Assembly (NCBI GenBank): GCA_023213395.1
Contig: CM041465.1
Coordinates: 57,233,741-57,297,740, forward strand
Length of the DNA stretch: 64,000 nt
From: Cycas panzhihuaensis
Lineage: Eukaryota > Plantae > Cycadophyta
Direction: 5' to 3'
Shown piece after piece: positions 50,562 through 64,000 of the stretch. A program made the position numbers and the translations under genes. The notes below the pieces were generated by a model. That model was not told where the DNA came from. It did no database searches and saw nothing but the letters and a program-made list of their open reading frames with translations. The stretch's first letter is position 1. Each line of letters starts with the position of its first letter.

Positions 50562-51427
50562 CACTGTAACCTTCCACCAGAGCTAACTTTTTCCAGGACC
50601 TTTTCGAGCATGAAATTGCAATATTCAAAGTCTTCATGCTTTAGCTTTAGCCTATAATTATAGCTTGCATAAACTGTATTATTTCTTGGGAACTTATTTT
50701 ACTTCCAACGAATCCTCCTTTTCTGCAATAATAACTTGAACTAATTGACCATTTCCATGTTTTGCGAACTAAATTGAACAAAAGGTATCAATTTGGTGGC
50801 GTATCTTTTCCATCATGCCGAAAATGTACCTCATTAGTGCTAATGTTTTTCTAGTTAGGATGTATAAAGAAATAAGGTGACACGAGAGAGGCATATGATA
50901 TATGAGTGTGTGATCCCAACCCTCAACCAAAGGAGCTAGCTCGTGGCATGATTCTTTAATCTAAGAAGGGGAATTTGGAAAATTTTATATGGCTGGCATG
51001 AGTACAACAAACAAGTTATCAACGGTGCATAGGGACAAGTGCTAGCACCCAGTGTGGCACTTCAAAATTTGGGTTTGTCAGGTTAGGGTGTGTGCGTCCT
51101 ACTCCCTTACCCTAACATTCTCGAATACATTCTACAAGAGTTACAAGCAAGAGAGAAAGACACAATGTTGGAGCACAAATAACCAAGCTTTCATTATCAA
51201 ACGGGCCCTACGTCTAGTCCTCTCACAGCCAGATGTAGGCCTGAACAGTGTACAATGGCTACAATGGACGACATTTCGCAGGAATACACAGAAATACAAA
51301 TCAGTTTTTTTTCCCTTTCTTACAATAACTTTATTTATATTTCCTATCCTACAGTTATAACTACTTGATGTAACTATTCCATCGCTCTTTAACATCATTT
51401 TACACTTTATTCATAACTAATGTTGCC

Positions 51428-51731
51428 CTAGTTGCATCGGTCGCTACCCTAGTTGCACTAGTCGAGAATCTGATTGCATCTGCTGCGATCTGGTTGCACT
51501 TGCCAACAATCTAGTTGCACCTGCCTAAAATCCAGTTGTACTTGCCAGTCGTCTAGTTGCACCTGCTAGCAATCTGGTTGCACCTATCTATAGTCCGGTT
51601 GCACCTGCCAGTAGTCTGGTTGCACCTGCCAGTAGTCTAGTTGCACTCACTGCGATTCAGCTTGCACTGCTCACATTCCAGTTGCATCTGCCTGAGCTTA
51701 GTTGCACCTATCTAAAGCCTAGTTGCACCTA
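51428..51731. repeat. About 15 x 20-bp array (ctagttgcacctgcc..) in the G5 3' LTR
   Basis: gttgcac recurs at 20-bp period. Confidence 0.85.
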
Positions 51732-52422
51732 TTTTACCTGAAAATAACAGCTACCCTTTTGGCTGTACACATCTCTCCTGTGGCTACTTTAAATGAGTAA
51801 CATACTCGTTTAAAATTCCAAATTTTTTTCTCCTCCTTCTTTCCTCCCACTGAAATTTTCACTTTCCCTTATTTTTCAACTGGGCCTCCCTAATCTTTGC
51901 TCTTTCTCTGCATATATATTCCATGTCAGGCCTGGCAATCTGCGGGGGCAATCTTAAACCATTCTGTTTCAAGTACTCACATAATAATGCTAAATTTCGC
52001 ATTGTTTCTAACTGTGGAAGTGTAGGCAATTCTCTTGAATGCAGTTGTTCTATTTCTTAGGTCAACTCAGCATTCAATCTCTGAGCAAATTCCAATTCTG
52101 ACTGGTATGAATTCATTTCTTGCCATAACTTCATGCAGCACTCTAATTCTTCGTATGACTTAAGGATCCATGCTCCCAGCCGATGATATACAGGTTGCAT
52201 ATCTTCTGGAATGTATTGATTGAACTGTTCTGTAAATTGTTGCAGCTGAGGGATGACCTCGTCAACGTCATCTACCCATTCCAACACAAATTTCTTTAAA
52301 GATTCTAACTTTTCTTCGGTCACCTACTGAATTATTTTTAATGATTCTTTGGCTAGTTTGGCTCTACTTTCCAACTCCATAACTAGTTGTCTAGTTACTT
52401 AAGCTAGAAAGGATGTTCTCCA

Positions 52423-55400
52423 TGTTGAAAATCAAACCTGCAATAAGATAATTCACAAACAGAAACAAACACCTCCATAGGATCAAACGGTACCCTTAAG
52501 ATACCTCCATTGTATTAACAAAACATCCTTACAACAGATATTACATATGATACACTATGTTGTGTATTTATAATAAATGTCATGATGGTGAGGGTGGGAC
52601 CCGCTTGCATGTGGGACAAAACAAATGTGCGTTAATATTCCAACACTCCCCCTTAATGCACATTTGGGTCATTTGTATTTGCAATGCTTTGTCCTTGAAA
52701 TTGTCATGAAGATGATGTCTTCAACTTGATCCTTGCCTTCAATCTTGTAGAGATGTCTTTGTTGTCGAATGGTGCCTGCATCTTGATTTTCGTCTTCAAT
52801 TTTGTACTGATGCCTTTGTAAGATGTTGTTCTCAGCTTGATTTCCGTCTTCCATCCTGTAGTGATGACGTTGATGTAGCAGCTCTAGCAAGTGCAAATTT
52901 TGATTCTCCATTATGGCTGGTCTAGTTTGATTTTGATGTAGATTATGTAAGTAACCACCTTCAAATATAACTTGCTTTTCATCATTATTTTGAATAAGTT
53001 CTTGATCACTATGTACAACAGTGTTTTCTTCAACCCTTGGAATGAGATCTTGATCAACTTGCATGCTCTTTGAACTTGAATCAATGCTCGAAGAAGGAAC
53101 ATCATTCAAACTTGAATCAATCCGAGACTCATCTTCTATAAGACCATCAAATTCATATTCAATTTATCTTGAAATCATGGTGTCATCTATATAAACCTTT
53201 ATCGATTCATCACTTTCAACGTCTTCATTAGTAGTTGTAGTCTCATGAATGCATTCAGTAATATGTTCAGTAGTAGTTTCATCAATAGTCAAGCATTCTT
53301 CATCTTGACATACTGTTTCATCAATGTTGATAATATTTTCTTCATTCTTTGTACTTATACCATAACCATCATTGACCTTAATCGCCTTTTCAATCATTCG
53401 TTGTATCTCTTCAAGAGTTTGTTCAAATACTTCTCTTAAAAATTTCCACGCTTCCTTAGCAATACTTGCATGTTGAATCTTAGAAATGACAAAATGGTAT
53501 GCGGAAGGAAGATCAACCTTGTTCAATGCAGCAAGAATCATGATGAATGCCTTTCTGTCTTTCTTCTCAAGTATTTCCTTTTCTTCTTCATCCATAGGGA
53601 TATCATATCCATCAGTGACAAGCTTCCACAAACCTCTAACTATGAAAAAACTTCTCATTTTAATCGTCCAAAAAAAGTAGTCTTCTCCATTACACTTAGG
53701 TATCAGAAGAAATGAATCCCTTAAGTTATATTCATTTGTTTCACGAACATACACAACCACATCATTCTCCTCCATAATTGTAAGTGTACTTCCAAACAAT
53801 GTCCCTTTTCCAATCAACAGACTCACCCATTAATCAATCTCAACAAACTTTCTCATGTCTAATGTCCTCACATCACTGACTTCATCGTCATATCATCACC
53901 TTGTCCATTTCTCACATAGAATCTAAAACACTCACTTCACCAAATTAATGCCGCATAAATCTCACAATGATAAGACACACACACTTCACTCAGTTATCCA
54001 AATATGACTCATGCCACAAATATTACCATTAATGAATAAACCACACTCATATGCAACTCAATAAAGTTTGCTTCCTTGTAACTTAGGTCATCCTTCTTTA
54101 CCCATTTAGTCAATTAATAAAGCGCACCATCGAACATGCATTCTTACTGCCCTTCTCTTGCCCATGTCATGCTCTCAAATTCCTCATATATTGCCTCATA
54201 TCACCATCTTCTTGTCCTCAAATTTGCCTTATCATGCCCATAAAGCTCCTTCAAGTAAATCACATTCCAAGAAGCACTAAGTTGCCATATGCCATCCAAC
54301 TCATTCATGCAAACACATGTATAATCGCCTCATCATCACAATAACTCTCTGATACAAACTCATACAAGAGAACCAACAGATGCCTCACATTGCCTTATGT
54401 TGCCAATATCATATTGCCATCCATGCCTCATGTATTATTACCATCAACAAAGACCTTATAAAATATTTTTATGCCACTTTAAGAAATATATATATTCATC
54501 AAAATGCCAAAATAAAATTACCAAAAGTGGCATCAAATGACAACAATGTGTATAAATAAAAAGGGCACAAATATATCAAAGTAACTCCCCAAATATATCA
54601 AAAGACCTTGATAACATTATTAAATCAAATTGATTTTGAAGTATATCAAAATCAACAAAAATAAAAATGCAACAATAACGAATTATCAATAGAGTCACAA
54701 ATCCAAATATCAAATCAACTTCATAAAATATAAAAAAGGGCGAATTGATATAATACAGCGCGACAATCTATATCAAAGGCGTAAATCACACGGCGATCTG
54801 AATTATTGAACATCAAAATATATTAACATATTAATATATTTAAACGATAAACTTGGCCGCCGGTGACATTGCAGTTGCGTGAATATATCAAACACGTAGG
54901 GCAACTCAACGCAGAGATATAAAAACAGCGGCGACTCTCAAAATTAATACGCCAATGTAACTGCGAATGGTTGAATGATTGATCTTCACTCATCAAGGAC
55001 GCACACAGACAATGATATGTATCACGCGGGGCATTTATCAAATGTGGATAGATAGAGAAAATTCATGAGTGGATGTCAGACATATTAACTGGCCGATTAA
55101 ATTAATCATTACACAGGCGACAACAAAATAAAGTACAAAACAACGAGCAGGATATTCACAATGTAATTTTGATAAATATGACTATATACAGGCGCTTGCA
55201 AATATCATGCGGACTGATATGCAATATGCGACAAAATATATCATATTGACGTAGAGGATATATAGAGGGTGATCCAATATTAACACCCAAGAAATGTAGG
55301 GTAAAATTACAGCTACGTAGGGAAATTAGCAGCCGAGCCAGAGAATATTCAACACACAGAGATTAAATCATGTGGTTCCAATAAGTATCATATATCAACA

Positions 55401-56160
55401 GGGCTACAAATCTATTAGCAAGCAGTCAGAGACATCAAGCTACAATGCAATACAGGCGACTAAGTCTTATGAGGCAACTGTATGATACATGCAAACTATG
55501 CAAGCCAAAATATATTAGTAGAGGGTGGCAAATAATATATATTGATGACGGCTGAATTATTATTCAAACCTTGAAATGTCAAAAAGGGTGACCAATATAT
55601 TTCAAAGTATGGGCATACCTTATTAATTTCACGGCTCTGCAATGGCCTCACAAGGGTTTTGCACTCTTCCACAGCTCAACCAAGGGCTGACAGCATAATA
55701 AATAGGTGTACTACTTCTCTTCATACGTGGGCAGCCTCAAACATCTCAACGGATAACAAAATCACCTCCACACAATCACATGGCTTCTATAGGCTCAACA
55801 ACGGTTACAAGAAGAATGGACATTATTGAACAAAACAAGCACTTCCTCACACACCAGAATTAGGGTTTCATCAACCAACACCTTGCTCAACCTGGCTTCA
55901 CCTCGCTCAAGCTCGCTTCACCTTAACTCTGATACCATGTTGGAAATCAAACTTGCAATAAAATAATTCACAAATAGAAATAAACACCTTCACAGGATCG
56001 AACGGTACCCTTAAGATACCTCCATTATATTAACAAAACATCCTTACAATAAATATTACATATGATACACTATGTTGTGTATTTATAATAAATGTCATAA
56101 TGGTGAGAGTGGGACCCACTTGCATGTGGGACAAAACAAATGTGCATTAATATTCCAACA
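52423..56160 (-). mobile_element. Non-autonomous copia-derived element (TR-GAG-like): 223-bp LTRs, Met PBS, PPT, gag-only ORF, TSD CTCCA
   Basis: LTRs 52423-52645 and 55938-56160; actctgatacca at 55926-55937; ctccccctta at 52646; ctcca on both sides. Confidence 0.95.
52669..53826 (-). pseudogene. Copia gag N-terminus fused to an acidic, repeat-rich tail; one in-frame stop at 53164-53166
   Basis: NGEDYFFWTIKMRSFF..GLW..AKEAWKFL; ORFs 53164-53826 and 52669-53109 are in the same frame. Confidence 0.75.
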
Positions 56161-57333
56161 CTCCATCCAGACACGTTTTGCGGGTCGTATTTCATAGAAT
56201 CCAATCCTTCTTCAAGTATCTCCTTGTCTACGGTATATTCCACCTCCAGCTGCTGGTTTTCTATTTTCTCTATAACCTCTTGTTTTCTTTTCTCCTAGGC
56301 CAGTCTTATCCTTTTTTGTCTTTGGAACTCACTCTCTATATACTCCTGTTGTTTACTACTTTCTTCTTCCTGTTTCCTTTTTCCCTCTCTTTTTTTGCCT
56401 CCCCTCAGAGAGGTTTTTCCTTCTTGCCATCTATCTCTCCTTGAGAGACCTCCGCCTGAGAATTTTCTCCTCTGTTTTCATCCTCTTCCTTAATTTCAAT
56501 CACTGTCTTTTCTAGCGTCCTCAGCTGATATCGCTTTTGTACCCTGTTTTGAACCACACGTTGGATTTCTGTCCATTTTTCTTCACTGATACAACCATGG
56601 TCCAACAGGCTAGGGGCGCCTGTTCTTCTTCTGGTTCAGGCATTACTATTTCTGGGCATTGTGCAATTAATAATCCTTGCAGAATTATCACATGATAAAA
56701 AGTAACGGACTTTACCGTCTTTTGCACCATTTGCAAATTCTGCAGCAATCACCTTGCTACAAGGCTCTCCCAGTTATAGCGCTTCCCTTGGGCTACCTGA
56801 TTGACCATAGTTCTTAAATTTGCAGGTACAAACAAATTCTTCTGGGTTAGTATAACCTTGATGAAAATAAAATGTGCCAGGAATCCTTTTTCCACGGACT
56901 GGATCCCTGCAATTCGAATCCCTGAATTGGAGGCATCCTTCTTGCTTGCTCCAAATTGCTTTGCCGCTTCTTCCCTAGTTATTTGGTTGTCTCTTTTCAC
57001 AAGTTCTCCGTCCTTGGGGAGACCGGTGAGCACTGCTATTGAATCTTTTGAGATTCGTAGTATATCTAGTTGTGTTGCTATCAATGGAGTTGCTGTACTC
57101 ATAAATTTCACCAATCATGGGAAAGTCCCGATCAATACATACCTGTGAAGTCCCGCTTCTATCATGAATTTCTTCCTCATGTCTTCATCTCCCATGACCT
57201 GCCATTCTGCGCGAATCTGAGGGTCATCGTTTTCTCTGAACAGAATTATCTTCATCATCGTTTCCCTTGTGCGTCGATTTGCCTGTTGCACACAGTCCTG
57301 CAGTGCTCTGTTTGAAATGCCGTGTCTCAACAC
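56161..57333 (-). pseudogene. G5 extra ORF3, N-terminal part (PMD-like); continues at 52422 to about 51900 after the insertion
   Basis: IAVLTGLPKDGELV..YNWESLVA; homologous to G3 ORF3. Confidence 0.7.
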
Positions 57334-60300
57334 TCTTCCTTAATGTTTCCTGCGTTGCGCCATACCCCTCCTTCCAGACGATGATATTCGGTTTGAATTG
57401 ACATGCTTCATCATTCTTTGAAGTGGTCGCACCAATGTACGCACCACGCCGTTGGTTAATTACTCACCGGTCACTTCCACGTTTCCCCATTGCATCCTTG
57501 CTTGAGGTGGTCGCACCATGTCGTTGATCATTAGTACCAACTGCTTCACGTTTTTCCATCGTGAGTTAGCAGTCGTCGCATCTTTACTTGAGGTGGTCAC
57601 ACCGCACTGTTGGTAGTTAAATACCAGTCATTTCTTTATTTGTTCATTATAGTTTTTTATTAATAACTGGTAGCCATCACGCCATTGTTTTTTCCTTCAT
57701 CAATTCCCTTAAATATCCTGTTCTAGGTAGAGAACCTATCCCCTTGGTTCTTTGTGCTTGTTTTTTTTTTTTATGTTTCATATAATTTTATCCTACTGCC
57801 ATTGACCAGCTTGGTCAATGGTTGACCATCTAGCTGCTCTAATCTAACAGCTTCATTTTCACAGATATGAATAACCTTATAAGGACCTAACCATCTGATT
57901 TTCATCTTGCATGGTTTCATTTTAAATTTACTATCATACAGTAGAACTAAATCATTTACCTTATATTCAGGTTTTTTCAAATGTCAATCATGCCAAGACT
58001 TATGTCTTCTTTTCTCTACTTGTAACTCCCACAGGCCTCGAGCTCATGTCTCATCTAATTTCATCAGTTAAATCAGTTTTTGAGCATAAGAAATTTTTGG
58101 ATCCAACCTCAATTGCTGTGCCACTCTCAGGCTTTTTGCTTGAAATTCCAAAGGAACCATTGTTTCTAACCCATATGCCAATTGAAATGGAGTACATTTA
58201 TGCGGCCTTTTATTCATGGTTCTATCTGCCTAAAGAACTAAATGCAACTTTTCTGCCCAATTCGTCTGGTTCGCATTGCAAATTTTCATCAAGGCTATCT
58301 TCAAGATTTTGTTCATACTTTCAACCTATCCATTCGCCCTTGGGTAATATGGTGAAGATTTACCATGTTGTATCAGAAATTCCAAGGTCAAATATTTGAT
58401 TATTTGATTCAAAAAACTCCCCCCTTGGTCTAATACAATCTCTAGGGGACAACCAAACCTTACTATAGTGACTTGATATAAAAATCGAACTATACTTCTT
58501 GCATTACATTTCTTCATTGGTTTGGCTTCTGTCCATTTTGTCAAAAAATCTGTAGCCACTAATATGTATCTTGCATTGATTCTACGAGCCAGAGGGTTGA
58601 TTGGTCCTACAAAGTCTAGCCCTAGTTTTCAAACGGACCCTGGGCTAGAATAGGATGTAGGGGCAAATAGTTCAGTTTAGAGGGCTTACTTGTTCGTTGG
58701 CAAATGTCACAGGTTTTTACCCATTTTTCAGCATCTTCGAATAAGGTTGGCTACCACAATCCTGCTAATAAAATTTTTCGTGCCGTGGCCTCACTCCCAT
58801 GATGAGTTGAAGCTGCTCCTTTGTGTGCCTCCCTCAATATTGATTGCACTTCATGTTGTAATATGCATCTCCGTAATATTTCATCTGGCCCCATTTTATA
58901 CAACATACCACCTATGAGTTGGAAGGGAAAGGCTTTCTTAATAAAACTTCTTCTCTGTCTTTTCTAGCCCTTTAGGTGTTTGTTCCATGGATAAATACTC
59001 TACAATTCCCTCATACCAGGATGGAACAACTTCAATAGAAAATAGTTTATGGTCTAGAAAGTCATCAAATATCTCAGTACTTGGTTCTTCTTCCTTTATT
59101 CTAGACAATTGGTCTGGTATCACATGCTTATCTCCCTTTTTTATCATGATTTTAAACATACACTCTTGAAAAAGCATTAGCCAGTGACTAATCCTTCCCT
59201 GGAGGATAGGCTTATTAATGAGATATTGCAGAGCTTGATGGTCAACAAAGAATACAAACAGGTTAGCCAACAAGTAATGTCGAAATTTTTGCAAGGCATA
59301 AATCATGCCAAGTCCCTCTCATTTTGTAACTGTATAGTTACATTCGACCGATGTCAATTTCCGACTTGCAATGGGAAGATCTATTTTTTCATCAACAGGT
59401 TGAGCCAATACGCATCCGATCGTGTACAACGAGGCATCCACATGTACATGGAATGGTTTGTTCCAATTCTGAAATCTGACCCTAGGGGCTTCCACTATCC
59501 TTTTCTTCAAAGCATCAAAGGACAATTGTTGTCTCATCGTCCATTCCCATTTCTTTGCCTTTTTCAGCAATGATTCCACGGGATAGGCAATTTGGACATA
59601 TCCCCTTATGAATTTCCGGTAATATCCGATCATTCCCAAGAATCCTTTGAGATTCTTTCATTTTGGGGAACAAGAAATTTTAGTTACCTCCACCTTTGCT
59701 GGATCTATCATCAATCCCTCCTTTGAGACAATATGGCCCAACAAAGATCCAAATGGTACCATAAAGGTACATTTGTCTGGATTTAGGCATGATCTATTTT
59801 TCCCACATATTTCCAACATCAATCTTAATTGGAACAAGTGATCTTTTAACAAACTGTACAAAGTCAAATCATCCAAAAACACTTCAATTGCCTTTCCTAT
59901 CAATTCCCAAAATATATTCAGAATTATTCTTTGAAATGTTGCTGGGGCATTAGTTAGCCCAAACGACATTACTTGATAGGCATAAGTGCCCCATTCTGTG
60001 ACAAATGTGGCATTCAATTGATTTTCAGATGCTATCCAAACTTGATTATATCCACTGAACCCGTCAGTGAATGAAAATACCTCGTGCCCCGTGACTTTTT
60101 CCAATATGTCCTTGGTGAAAGGAACTGGAAATGGGTCTTTCTTGGTGGCTTTATTTAAGGCCCTGTAATCAACACATACACGTAGTTTCCCATTTTTTTT
60201 GGGTACTACCACGACTGGGCTTACCCATTCACTATTTTCCACTTCAAAAATATATCTCGCTTTCAATAGTTTATCCAATTCTACTTTTACTTGCTCCTTA

Positions 60301-63300
60301 TACCGAGGGTTCATTCTGTAGGGCCTCTGCCTTACAAGTTTTATATTTTTCAGCAATTCAATTTTGTGCTCTCCCACTTTTGGGGGAATTCCTTGACAGG
60401 TCCTTATAGGACCACGCAAACACATCTCTAAATTCACAAAAGAGTGTTGTTGCCTGCTGCATTACTTTTGGTTCCTAGTATTCCCTCACTCTTATCCATT
60501 TAGGATCCTTTTCTGTTCCTATATTAATTTGTTTCAATTGGAGTTCTTTCTTTTTAACTATTTCCCCATTTGGATTTAGCCCATAGGCTGGGGTCTGACA
60601 GATTTCCTTCTAACCATATTCTATGACAGAATATGCCTAAGGAAAATTATGTGCTTCATCTTATTTATGCATTTGATAGCAATTCCTTTCCCCGAAGGGA
60701 GGAACATCTTGCTCTCCTAACATCAATTTAGTAGGTGCAGGAGTTTTAAACAAACATTTCCCAACTATATTCTCTGGCGATTTAATCACATTATAGCCAT
60801 ATGTCTTATTGTCAAGCAACAAGTACGAGCAATCATCTTGTGCTTTATTAAAAAGATCTTTTACATGACTTTCTACTTCGCCTTTTTCCTTATTGTGAGA
60901 TACAAGATTACCTATGTTGTTATGATCCTGCTATTGCTTGTCTGGGCACAGCTCCAATTGATAACAGTTGGGAGACGCGTCACCCGTTTCCTCCCATGTT
61001 GTTTGCAGCCAATCCAATAAATAAGTCAATGATGCTTCACTTGAAAGGTGAGGAGGAGTTTTTAAGACTTGAAATGCTGTCTTCGACCAGGGACTGGTTG
61101 TGGTAGCTGATGTAACAGTGGTTGCAAATGATGTATCTACATCTTCAACTTTTTCCATGTGAGGTCCATCCGAACAAAGAGATAAAACTACTTTCTTTCT
61201 TGCAGTATGTAGGGTGAAAGTCAAATTTCCCCAATCTTGCAATGCTTCTATTGCAAGTAGCCACGGTCTTCCAAGAAGTGTTGGATATGCCTTGTTATGA
61301 TTTTGCATCCTGACAATTGCAAAATCTAAGCGAACTGTGATCCCTGCTACTATGACCGGAATGTTCAAAAAAGACCCCATCAGTCTGACTTGCAACTGAT
61401 TAGCCAGTCTAATCGCATAATGTGGGGAAACCATTTCTGGTCGTCCCAATGAAATCCATGTAGTCTCAGGGAGTACAATTACTTCTAACCCACCATCTAC
61501 AATGGTTTTGCAAATCATCGTACCAAAGAGGGTCATAGGAACCCTAGGATCAATTGAATCTATTTTCAACGCTCATAACATAGGTTTTTCAATTTGATCT
61601 AAAATTGCCTGCTAGAAATAGTCGGCCTCCCACCACTTAAAAATGATAGAAACAGGAATAGAGATCCCTATTTCGGTCAATAATTCCTTCATTTCTTGTA
61701 TCTTCTACCAGGGATTCTTCTCAGGTTGTTCTTCATGAAATGCCATTCATCTCTAATAAACTTGGCCTTTGAATCTATTGACCTGCTTTATCTCCTCCTG
61801 TTGCACTATCTTCGTTGCTTCCTGCAGGGCCTACACAGCTTCTTGTAATCTCCTTTTTTCAACTACTGGGTCAGGAAAATTTTCTGCAACTGGCGTGGTA
61901 GTGGTTTTTCCACTTCTTGTATGGATATAGACTGGCTACTCTTTATCTGGAACCTTTGTTGCTAGATTGGAAGTTTGCACTTTCAGACTGGGATTCTTCG
62001 GGCAGTTTGCCCATTTGTGGTCAGCCAGACCACATTCCTCACAAATATAATCTCCTTTCTATTTTTGTAATGGGCAGTTTGTTCGAAAGTGTCCCCATCT
62101 TAAACATAGATGACAACGGATTGGTTTGGTTTTTCCCTTATACTGTTTAAAGAAATTGCCTTCCTTTCTTTGGTAAAATGACTCCCTCACTGGTGTTTTG
62201 TAATAACATTCCCATGTATAATGGTTCGCCCTTTTACAGATTTTGCACCATCGCCTTTCCCCCATTTGCTGATGTTCATTCTTGAAATGCCCCGGTTGTC
62301 CATAGGGAGGAGGACACCATATGTTGTCTCAGGATTTTCCTATTCTTAATTTGGCTATTACTGCCCTTAAGTTCTTAATTTCCTCATTTTGTTGGTTTGT
62401 GCCAGGAAACACAACCGAGAATTGTTGTTTCAACATTTCAACTTCCTTTCTCAAGGCTTCTACTTTAGGATTTATCATCCATTGGGACACACTTGTTTGC
62501 CCAACATTCTGAATTCCAACATTTAAATAACCTGTTCTCATTTGGTTTTCAAATCATAGAGCCAAGTCTTTGACTTGCTCATAGCTATTCAATGGATGAA
62601 AAATAATATTTTCTTTTAAATGGGATAACAACCCTTGCACAAAATATTTCAGAGATAAAATTGGGTTCATGGGTATAGCAGGATCCATTTTATTCATAAT
62701 AATCCAGAGTCTGCCATCAAAATCAGGACTCACTTGGCATCTGCCAAATTTCTTCTAGGGCTTGAAAAATGGACATTGGATTCCGTAATCGTTGGAACCT
62801 GTCCAAAAATTGTTTGTATTGCCTTCCATGTTGGATTTATTTTTGCCACATACTGGTACCACACTATTGCTACTCCCTGCAATGTTGAAAAGAATCGTGC
62901 CTTAATTTCATCTGGGTCCTTAATTTTCTTAATTTTTAGCACATTAGAAAACAAGGCCAGATGGTCTCCCAGATCTCTTAAGCCATCACACTATAAATGC
63001 CCAAACATAGCATCATTTTGAACTATTACATACGAAGGGTTTACCTGGTTTCCTCCCCCAGTTGCATTTCTTTGTGCCTGGTTTTCCGGTCTTGTTGGCA
63101 TTGGCCCACTTTGCACGATTTTGTTTGCACCTCTTACTGGGATTGTTGAATTTGTTCCTCCACCTCCGCTCATCCCCTGATTCTGGGGAGTATTGTTTGC
63201 ACTCTCCAGACTTCCTCCTAGCAACATTGATCCTAAAAACATTTTTGCCATCTTACTATAAAGCGGGTTCAGTACATGGGAATGGGAGTCCTTGACATCT

Positions 63301-63720
63301 ACAAGATAGCAATCCCACCCCATTGCGGTGGTGCTATATACTTCCAAACTTACTGATTTTCCTTCCTCTAAAATGGCCTACCCTTCCTCTACGTTCTCGG
63401 GGTCTTTGTTCTCTGTCCACTTCGAGGCTTCCGCTTGCAACTCTTGGGTTTCTTCCTAGGTTCCTTCTGTGCTTTCTTTTTCTTGTCCCCTTGGGTCTGA
63501 CTTTTTTCTCGTCTGCCCTTCGCAGGTTTCCTTCTGACTTGCTTCTTTTCGACTGGTTCTTTGGGTTTGCAAATGCCCTCCTGGCTTCTTTTCGCCTCCC
63601 ACCGCTAACTTTGTTCTTGCCTGGTCTCGACCCTTCTTACGGAATTAACCCTTGGTGGCATGGACAATCCCCCCTTACTCTTTCATCCTCGGGCGCTCAT
63701 TCTTCTCCAAATTCTGGATA

Positions 63721-63736
63721 CCCGGCAACGAAACCA
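63721..63736 (-). promoter_or_regulatory. G5 primer-binding site, tRNA-Glu type
   Basis: Plus strand CCCGGCAACGAAACCA versus recalled tRNA-Glu 3' end CCCGGCAACGGAACCA (one G-U wobble). Confidence 0.85.
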
Positions 63737-64000
63737 ATGTGCGCCCTACTCCCTTACCCTAACATTCTTGAATACATTCTACAAGAGTTACAAGCAAGAG
63801 AGAGACACAATGTTGGAGCACAAATAACCAAGCTTTCATTATCAAAAGGGCCCTACATCTGGTCCTCTCACAACCAGACGCAAGCCTGAACAGTGTACAA
63901 TGGCCGTAGTGGACAACACTCTGTAGGAATACACAGAAATACAAATCAGTGTTTTTTTCCTTTCTTACAATAACTTTATTTATATTTCCTATCCTACAGT

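Larger units (their letters stand above)
51091..64000 (-). mobile_element. G5: near full-length non-chromoviral gypsy (5' LTR from 63738 running off the window, tRNA-Glu PBS, gag-PR-RT-RH-INT, extra ORF3, 3' LTR 51091-51771)
   Basis: LTR copies align (tgtgcg.cctactcccttaccc..); TIVDGG..LLGRPWL; VCVDYRALN..GFSGYNQ..FLDD; HVDAS; WLGPYKV; many stops and frameshifts. Confidence 0.93.

Noticed and set aside
63323-63889. 188-aa plus-strand ORF and similar antisense or repeat-derived ORFs (e.g. 42514-43131)
   Set aside because: Shadow frames of gag or LTR repeats with low-complexity composition and no recognisable motif

Overview
Eukaryotic plant nuclear DNA, probably from a large-genome lineage such as a gymnosperm (inferred from nested-TE density and intron scale). 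About 90% of the window is nested, mostly decayed retrotransposons: two RNase H-containing L1 LINEs, at least five Ty1/copia elements, chromoviral Ty3/gypsy remnants, and four related non-chromoviral Ty3/gypsy elements (G2 31073-36773, G3 38295-43126, G4 43127-46460, G5 51091-64000). The only host gene seen is the last three exons (49756-50561, +) of a PLP-dependent class I/II aminotransferase, so the preceding ~49.7 kb is probably one giant intron. The most striking signal is in the G-family. G2 and G5 have primer-binding sites (PBS) matching the 3' end of plant tRNA-Glu. The LTRs of G2, G3 and G5 carry hairpins whose 7-nt loop (GUGAGAG or GUGAAAG) is the exact complement of the tRNA-Glu CUC or UUC anticodon loop, amplified into a 5x41-bp array in G2. 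This suggests a two-point tRNA-capture module (anticodon plus acceptor end). Other notable items: a conserved extra PMD-like ORF after the integrase, two non-autonomous LTR elements with intact target-site duplications (TSDs), and a reconstructable inversion that flipped a copia 3' LTR. tRNA sequences and domain assignments are from recall and motif recognition, not database searches.
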